Source: an uncultured Kingella sp.
Lineage (GTDB): Bacteria > Pseudomonadota > Gammaproteobacteria > Burkholderiales > Neisseriaceae
DNA length: 32,000 nt
Direction of reading: 5' to 3'
NCBI GenBank assembly: GCA_963529665.1
Contig: CAUSAG010000006.1
Coordinates: 10,617 to 42,616, forward strand
The notes under the pieces are model-generated. The model was not told the DNA's origin. It was given only the letters and a program-made list of their open reading frames with translations, and made no database searches. Of this stretch, positions 26,353-32,000 are shown one piece after another (positions within the stretch are counted from its first letter, which is position 1; each line of letters starts with the position of its first letter). Position numbers and translations under genes: made by a program.

Positions 26353-26484
26353 TTATTCTTGCCCAATGCTTTCCTTATTCTCAAAATAAACTTTCTTTAT
26401 GGCGAATTTATTTGCTCATTTTTCTATGCTATGATTGCTGCGCGTTAAACGCATAAATATAAATAACTACATAGGAGAAATATC

Positions 26485-28038
26485 ATGAAACGCATTAGCC
26501 AATTATTGCTTATCCCCGCCAGCGCCGCCGTCGTGTTTTGGGCGGGGCAATCTTTGCGTATGCCCCATTCTGCCGTCGCCCACGCCGAAAGCCTAGCCGA
26601 GCGCATCAACAAACTGCCCGACCCGCAAGGCAAAACCCTGCCGCCGCTGCCCAAGCGTCCCACACTGATTAAATTCTGGGCGAGCTGGTGTCCGCTGTGT
26701 TTGAGCGAGTTGGAACAAACCGAATCTTGGACGCAAGACAAACACTTTGCCAGTGCCAATTTAATCACCATCGCATCACCAGGCTATCTCAACGAAAAAC
26801 CCGCCGCCGATTTCTCGCAATGGTATCGCGGGCTGGAATATCCCAAATTGCCCGTGCGCATCAACGATGGCGGCGCAATCGCCAAAGAATTAGGCGTGCG
26901 CGTGTATCCTTCTTGGGTATTGCTGGGCGCAAACGGCGATGTGCAACGCATCGTTAAAGGCAGCCTGAACGAAGCCCAAGCGCTTGCGCTGCTGCAAAAT
27001 CCGCAAGCCGAATTGTCGGCATACACCAAACCGTTTTACAAATCCGATTCCGCTTCCGCGCAGAAAGGAAAACCGATGAACATCAAAACCATTTACCTGG
27101 CAGGCGGCTGCTTCTGGGGCTTAGAAGCCTATTTCCAACGCATTAAAGGCGTAACCGACGCCGTTTCGGGCTATGCCAACGGCAAAACCGCCAACCCCAG
27201 CTACGAAGACGTTTCCCACCGCCACACAGGGCACGCCGAAACCGTGAAAGTGAGCTACGATGCCGACCAGCTCAGCTTAGACGACATCTTGCGTTATTAC
27301 TTCCGCGTTATCGATCCCACCAGCCTGAACAAACAAGGCAACGACCGCGGCGAGCAATACCGCACTGGCGTTTACACCACCGATGCCGCCGAGCAAAAAA
27401 TCGTTGCCGCCGCCATCGCCCGCGAGCAGAAAAAATACACCGCGCCGATTGTGGTGGAAAACGTGCCGCTGAAAAACTTCTATCTTGCCGAGGAATATCA
27501 TCAAGATTATCTGATTAAAAACCCGAACGGCTATTGCCATATTGATGTTTCGCTGGCAGACAAACCGCTGGAAGGCAAAGAAGCCGTTTCAGGCAGCCTG
27601 AAAACCAAGCCCAGCGATGCCGAATTGCGCCAAAAACTCACCGCCGAGCAATACCGCATCACCCAGCAAGCGGGCACGGAACGCGCGTTCAGCCACGAAT
27701 ACGACAATTTGTTTGACAAAGGGATTTATGTGGACGTGGTGGACGGCACACCGCTGTTTGCTTCCACCGATAAATTCCAATCAGGCTGCGGCTGGCCCAG
27801 CTTCACGCGCCCGATTGTCGGCGATGCCGTTACCGAGCGCGAGGATACGTCGTTTAACATGATTCGCACCGAAGTGCGCAGCAGCCACGCCGATTCCCAT
27901 CTGGGACACGTGTTCAACGACGGCCCGAAAGACAAAGGCGGCTTGCGCTATTGCATCAACGGCGCATCGCTGCGGTTTGTGCCGTTGGAGCAAATGGACG
28001 CGCAAGGCTATGGCGCGTGGAAGGATAAAGTGAAATAA
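26485..28038 (+). CDS. msrAB: Trifunctional thioredoxin / methionine sulfoxide reductase A / B fusion (Neisseria PilB-MsrAB type), with signal peptide
   Basis: Trx motif FWASWCPLC, MsrA motif GGCFWG and MsrB motif RYCINGASL in one 517-aa ORF. Confidence 0.9.
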   Translation: MKRISQLLLIPASAAVVFWAGQSLRMPHSAVAHAESLAERINKLPDPQGKTLPPLPKRPTLIKFWASWCPLCLSELEQTESWTQDKHFASANLITIASPGYLNEKPAADFSQWYRGLEYPKLPVRINDGGAIAKELGVRVYPSWVLLGANGDVQRIVKGSLNEAQALALLQNPQAELSAYTKPFYKSDSASAQKGKPMNIKTIYLAGGCFWGLEAYFQRIKGVTDAVSGYANGKTANPSYEDVSHRHTGHAETVKVSYDADQLSLDDILRYYFRVIDPTSLNKQGNDRGEQYRTGVYTTDAAEQKIVAAAIAREQKKYTAPIVVENVPLKNFYLAEEYHQDYLIKNPNGYCHIDVSLADKPLEGKEAVSGSLKTKPSDAELRQKLTAEQYRITQQAGTERAFSHEYDNLFDKGIYVDVVDGTPLFASTDKFQSGCGWPSFTRPIVGDAVTEREDTSFNMIRTEVRSSHADSHLGHVFNDGPKDKGGLRYCINGASLRFVPLEQMDAQGYGAWKDKVK

Positions 28039-28138
28039 CGGATTTTTTTCCAGCGCAGGGCTTGCGAGCAAGCCCTAGAAACGCGGGGCAACGATTTCAG
28101 GCTGCTGAACGTTGCGCCCGCGTTTTTGCCTTGTTGGG

Positions 28139-28226
28139 GGCAGACTGCGCAGCGTAGTGAAGTTGCGAAGCTAAAACCAGCATCGCCCCAGCAAATTCGT
28201 TGCCTTCGCAATTTGCCGTTATAATC
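28139..28226 (+). repeat. Copy A of a promoter-like direct repeat (38-nt core 28139-28176, then CCCAGCAAA ... CCGTTATAATC)
   Basis: The core is 35/38 identical to 28670-28707. It ends in TATAAT (28220-28225), 59 nt before the lipoprotein ATG. Confidence 0.6.
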
Positions 28227-28283
28227 CCCACCACACGGTTCGCGCCGTGTGTTTTCATTATCCAACCGAAAGGAAATCTGAAT

Positions 28284-28508
28284 ATGAAAAAAACATTTGC
28301 ATTCGCCTTTATCGCCATCGCTCTAACCGCCTGTTCCAGCACTTGGCACGGTGTGAAAGAAGACACCGCCACCACAGTAGAAAAAGTGGACAACGGCATT
28401 GAACACGGCTGGGACAAAACCCAATCTGCCGTGAAAAAAGGCGGCAACGCAGTCGGGCGCGGCATCTCCCATGTGGGCGAGAAAATTGAAAACGCCACCG
28501 CGCAATAA
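28284..28508 (+). CDS. Small lipoprotein, entericidin-like
   Basis: Lipobox LTAC after MKKTFAFAFIAIA, and a CSSTWHGVKED motif reminiscent of the EcnA/B family. SD is AAAGGAAA. Start moved to 28284. Confidence 0.7.
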   Translation: MKKTFAFAFIAIALTACSSTWHGVKEDTATTVEKVDNGIEHGWDKTQSAVKKGGNAVGRGISHVGEKIENATAQ

Positions 28509-28514
28509 TCATTA

Positions 28515-28552
28515 AGGCAGCCTGAAACCCCATTTTCAGGCTGCTTTTTTTT
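28515..28552 (+). terminator. DUS-pair hairpin followed by a T8 run
   Basis: AGGCAGCCTGAA at 28515-28526, TTCAGGCTGCT at 28535-28545, then TTTTTTT. Confidence 0.7.
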
Positions 28553-28669
28553 ATATTGCGGAAATCATCATGCCCCATTCATCCCACTACGCCGCACAAC
28601 TGCGCCAAGCCATCGCCGCCAATCCGCAAGGCTTGGTGGATGAATTTTTGGTGCGGGCAAACCATGCTG

Positions 28670-28747
28670 AGGCAGCCTGCGTAGCGTAGTGGAGTTGCGA
28701 AGCTAAAATCATTCTCCACTAGACAAACCCAGCAAACCCGTTACAAT
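28670..28747 (+). repeat. Copy B of the promoter-like direct repeat (core 28670-28707, then CCCAGCAAA CCCGTTACAATC)
   Basis: It ends in TACAAT (28741-28746), 38 nt before the YidB-like ATG. Confidence 0.6.
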
Positions 28748-28784
28748 CGCGCCCCTTGTTCAACCACATATCTAAGGAAAAATC

Positions 28785-29195
28785 ATGAGCTTACTAGACA
28801 ACGTTATCAGCGCAGCAACTTCCGCCATGAGCGGCAGCGGCGAGCAAGGCAAGGCAGTAGAACTCGTTACCCAATTGGTGCAACAAAACGGCGGCAACGT
28901 GGGCGATTTGCTGAGCAAATTGCAACAAGGCGGCTTGGGCGATGCGCTGCAAAGCTGGATTGGCACGGGCAGCAACGCCAGCGTGGATGCCGCGCAAATC
29001 CAAAACGCGCTCGGCGGCAGCCTGTCCAACGCCGCCGCTAAAGTGGGCTTGGATACCGGCAGCGCAAGCAATCTGCTGGCGCAATATCTGCCCAACATCA
29101 TCAACGCCATCACGCCCAACGGCAACGCTGCCGATGCCAACGGCTTTGGTTTGGACGACATCGCTCGCATTGTGATGCAGAAATTTTTGAAATAA
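28785..29195 (+). CDS. YidB family protein (DUF937)
   Basis: 136 aa with LLSKLQQGGLGDALQSWIGTGSNASV and LLAQYLPNIINAITPNG, as in YidB/DUF937 proteins. Confidence 0.7.
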   Translation: MSLLDNVISAATSAMSGSGEQGKAVELVTQLVQQNGGNVGDLLSKLQQGGLGDALQSWIGTGSNASVDAAQIQNALGGSLSNAAAKVGLDTGSASNLLAQYLPNIINAITPNGNAADANGFGLDDIARIVMQKFLK

Positions 29196-29206
29196 GTCTA
29201 AGCGTT

Positions 29207-29358
29207 TTCAGGCTGCCTAATCTGCAATGGATGGACAGCCTGAAAAGTATTTTGGCTGTTGTTTCAGGCTGCCTTATTGTTCTCAAAAGGCAGCCTGAAA
29301 AACGTTTGCCGAGCAGTTTTCAGGCTGCCTATTGTTCCCCCCAAAAAGGTAGCCTGAA
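29207..29358. repeat. Cluster of 6 DUS or DUS-variant copies between the convergent yidB-like gene and trpD
   Basis: Copies near 29207 (reverse), 29234 (variant GACAGCCTGAA), 29265 (reverse), 29289 (forward), 29318 (reverse) and 29347 (variant AGGTAGCCTGAA). Confidence 0.8.
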
Positions 29359-29384
29359 AACCATCCATCAAACCAACCGCGCCA

Positions 29385-30413
29385 CTACTTCGCTTGGCTT
29401 TGCGCCACAAATTCCGCCTGCTTCGCTGCCGCCTTGCCGCTGTCCAACGCCTCGCACGCGCGCGCCAAGCCCTCTGCCAAACTGCCCGCCACATTGCCGG
29501 CATACAAACACGCCGCCGCGTTCAGCAACACAATATCCCGCGCCGCGCCCCGCGCTTCGCCGCGCAACACCGCGTTCATCATCGCCAGCGAATCCGCCGC
29601 GTTTTCCACTTTCAAGCTGCCCAAATCGGCGTAAACAGGCAAGCCGAATTCTTCGGGGTGGATGTCGTATTCGCGCACCGCGCCGTCTTTCAGCTCGGCA
29701 ATGCGGGTGCAGCCTGAAACCGTGATTTCATCCAAGCCATCGCTGCCATGCACCACCAAAGCATGCTGAGAACCAAGCTGTTGAAACACACGCGACAAAA
29801 TGCCGCATAAATCAATGTGAAACACGCCAATCAGCTGATTGACCGCGCCTGCGGGATTGGTGATCGGCCCTAAGATATTGAAAATGGTGCGAAAACCCAA
29901 CGCCTTGCGCACAGGCGCAACATAGCGCATCGCCGAATGATGGTTGGGCGCAAACATAAAACCAATGCCGCATTGTGCGATGGATTGCGCCACTTGCTCG
30001 GGCGATTGCTGCAAATTCATGCCCATCGCTTCCAGCACATCCGCCGCGCCACTAGACGACGACACCGAGCGGTTGCCATGCTTCGCCACTTTCGCGCCTG
30101 CCGCCGCCGCCACAAACATAGCGGTGGTGGAAATGTTAAACGTTTTCGCGCCATCGCCGCCTGTGCCAACAATATCCACCAATTCTTTGGCATAGGGCGT
30201 GTTCACTTTGGTGGCAAATTCGTGCATCACGCTGGCGGCGGCGGCGATTTCGGACACGGTTTCCACCTTAATCCGCAGCCCCGTCAAAATGCCTGCAATC
30301 TGCTCGGGCAACACTTCGCCGCGCATGATTTGGCGCATCAAATCGGTCATCTCGTCATAAAACAGCTCGTTATTGTCAATCAAACGGGCAAGGGCTTGCT
30401 GTGGAGTAATCAT
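29385..30413 (-). CDS. trpD: Anthranilate phosphoribosyltransferase
   Basis: [18 protein letters not shown] and [19 protein letters not shown] motifs. Start set at the ATG at 30413. Confidence 0.9.
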   Translation of the reverse strand: MITPQQALARLIDNNELFYDEMTDLMRQIMRGEVLPEQIAGILTGLRIKVETVSEIAAAASVMHEFATKVNTPYAKELVDIVGTGGDGAKTFNISTTAMFVAAAAGAKVAKHGNRSVSSSSGAADVLEAMGMNLQQSPEQVAQSIAQCGIGFMFAPNHHSAMRYVAPVRKALGFRTIFNILGPITNPAGAVNQLIGVFHIDLCGILSRVFQQLGSQHALVVHGSDGLDEITVSGCTRIAELKDGAVREYDIHPEEFGLPVYADLGSLKVENAADSLAMMNAVLRGEARGAARDIVLLNAAACLYAGNVAGSLAEGLARACEALDSGKAAAKQAEFVAQSQAK

Positions 30414-30607
30414 GTTTTTCCTTTGTAAACAAATGGTTTGAAAAATGGGCAACAACGCGCCATGCTTGGCGGCAGCCTGAAAACCGCTTTTGGGTAAACG
30501 CCTATGCGCCCAGCCTTTTCAGGCTGCCTATGGAAGCCGATTTTAACAAAATTTAACCCGACTGCGTGTGCTATACTTCGCCCCATTTTTTGAGCCCAAT
30601 AAACACC

Positions 30608-31720
30608 ATGACCGATTTCATCCCCAATATAGACGAAGACAGCGATTTCGCTGCCGAAGCCCCCGCCGCCGAACCATTGCGCTTAACCGTGCCCATTGAT
30701 TTAGCAGGGCTGCGCCTTGATGTCGCGCTTGCCAAAATGCTGCCCGATTATTCGCGCAGCCGCATCGCAGGTTGGATAAAAGACGGCGAAGTGTTGTGCA
30801 ACGACGCGCCCGCTTCGCCCAAAACCAAGCTCATCGGCGGCGAAGATTTGGTAGTGAACATCCAGCCCAGCCACGAAACGCAAGCCTTCACGCCCGAAGC
30901 GATGCCGCTGGACATTATTTATGAAGACGACAGCGTGATCGTGCTCAACAAACCTGCGGGCTTGGTGGTGCATCCTGCGGCGGGCAACTGGACGGGCACG
31001 CTGCTCAACGGGCTGCTCGCCCACGCGCCCGAGTTGTCGCAAGTGCCCCGCGCGGGCATTGTGCATCGCTTGGATAAAGACACCAGCGGCTTGATGGTGG
31101 TTGCCAAAACGCTGCCCGCGCAAAACCATTTGGTGCAACAGTTGCAAAGCCGCAGCGTGAAGCGCATTTATCGCGCCATTGCCGATGGCATTGTGCCGTT
31201 TGATGGCAAAATTGAAACCCAAATCGGGCGCGACCCGCATAATCGCCTGAAAATGGCGGTGGTGAAATTTGGCGGCAAAGAAGCGATTACCCACGTTAAA
31301 GTTTTGGAACGTTATCAAGCGCATAGTTATATAGAGTGCAGCCTAGAAACGGGGCGCACCCACCAAATCCGCGTGCATCTGCGCGAAGCCCGCCACCCGC
31401 TTGCAGGCGATGCGGTTTACGGCAATCCGCGCCATCCTTGCTCGCCCGAAGTGAAAGCTGAAGTGAAAGCCCTTGCGCGCCAAGCCTTGCACGCCTATCG
31501 CCTAACGTTTATCCATCCGAAAACGGGCGAAACGCTGTCGTTTGAAGCGCCGATGCCCGATGATATGTATCACTTGCTTTCCGTGCTTCGCCTTGAAAGC
31601 GGCATGGATTCGCCGTTGAGCCATCACGAAGAATGGGCGGAAAAATTTGCCAGCGACGACGATGATGATTGGAACGAAGATGATTACGATGTGGATGTGG
31701 TTTATGTGAAGGATTATTAG
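30608..31720 (+). CDS. rluD: 23S rRNA pseudouridine synthase, RluD-type (RluA family), with an acidic C-terminal tail
   Basis: S4-like N-terminal domain, catalytic HRLDKDTSGL and GRTHQIRVH motifs. Start set at the ATG at 30608. Confidence 0.85.
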   Translation: MTDFIPNIDEDSDFAAEAPAAEPLRLTVPIDLAGLRLDVALAKMLPDYSRSRIAGWIKDGEVLCNDAPASPKTKLIGGEDLVVNIQPSHETQAFTPEAMPLDIIYEDDSVIVLNKPAGLVVHPAAGNWTGTLLNGLLAHAPELSQVPRAGIVHRLDKDTSGLMVVAKTLPAQNHLVQQLQSRSVKRIYRAIADGIVPFDGKIETQIGRDPHNRLKMAVVKFGGKEAITHVKVLERYQAHSYIECSLETGRTHQIRVHLREARHPLAGDAVYGNPRHPCSPEVKAEVKALARQALHAYRLTFIHPKTGETLSFEAPMPDDMYHLLSVLRLESGMDSPLSHHEEWAEKFASDDDDDWNEDDYDVDVVYVKDY

Positions 31721-31993
31721 GCAGCCTGAAAAACGACGTGCGTATTGTGTGCTTGTTGTTCAACATTATTTTCAGGCTGCCGCAGATTCGTATCTAAATA
31801 AGTGCAACGCCGCGCTGCTCATAATAGGCAGCCTGAAACCATGTTTTGATGGCACACAACGCACAAAGGCAGCCTGAAACAGCATCCGCCCCATCCCGCG
31901 CATTTAATCAAGCCTAGATAAACAGCATTTCAGGCTGCCCCATCTAATCAACAACACCGCAAACCCCATCCCCCACAATATAGGCAGCCTGAA
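31719..31993. repeat. Cluster of 6 DUS copies downstream of rluD; the first overlaps the stop codon
   Basis: Copies at about 31719, 31774 (reverse), 31826, 31867, 31930 (reverse) and 31982. Confidence 0.8.
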
Positions 31994-32000
31994 AACCTGT

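Noticed and set aside
26380-26484. SigmaE-type promoter upstream of msrAB (AAACTT around 26388).
   Set aside because: Only a -35-like hexamer is visible, and I could not find a matching -10 (TCAAA/TCTGA-like) at the right spacing.
28139-28176. Sigma-54 (-24/-12) promoter or tRNA-like fragment within the 38-nt repeat core (TAGTGGAGTTGCG).
   Set aside because: The GG-to-GC spacing does not fit TGGCAC-N5-TTGC, and no cloverleaf can be drawn.

Overview
All calls were made by eye from the sequence and the ORF track; no searches were run. The window looks like a chromosomal segment of a Neisseriaceae bacterium. It is saturated with a 12-nt DNA uptake sequence (DUS), AGGCAGCCTGAA, which I recall as the Kingella denitrificans/oralis-type dialect. 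I counted about 70 core copies by hand, many arranged as inverted pairs that act as terminators. The backbone is housekeeping: phosphoketolase (5' partial), sucB-sucA, a DUF3460-like small protein, an O-methyltransferase, a Sel1-repeat protein, psd, nrdA, hisH-hisA, rpe, ttcA, a flavodoxin-fold NAD(P)H oxidoreductase, the trifunctional Trx-MsrA-MsrB fusion, an entericidin-like lipoprotein, a YidB/DUF937 protein, trpD and rluD. Three DUS-poor accessory inserts stand out. (1) 9.4-10.2 kb holds a low-GC orphan cassette: an HNH/EndoVII-type nuclease toxin C-terminal domain plus an SMI1/KNR4 (SUKH) immunity gene, with no delivery domain. (2) 15.27-16.62 kb holds a 1337-bp IS110-family element delimited by a 10-bp direct repeat. 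It has only 26 nt of 5' non-coding sequence but a 284-nt hairpin-rich 3' non-coding tail. I consider this tail the best candidate for a guide (bridge/seek-type) RNA. (3) 16.6-23.7 kb holds an Nf/Inovirus-like filamentous prophage (rep, ssDNA-binding candidate, coat proteins, pIII-like, pVI-like, Zot) abutting that IS. It carries an unusually acidic moron-like protein and a 34-aa coat-like ORF too short for the ORF track. Smaller oddities are an 88/78-bp promoter-like direct repeat flanking the lipoprotein gene, a perfect DnaA box and a palindrome upstream of nrdA, and a terminator with an 18-bp tandem duplication in its loop.
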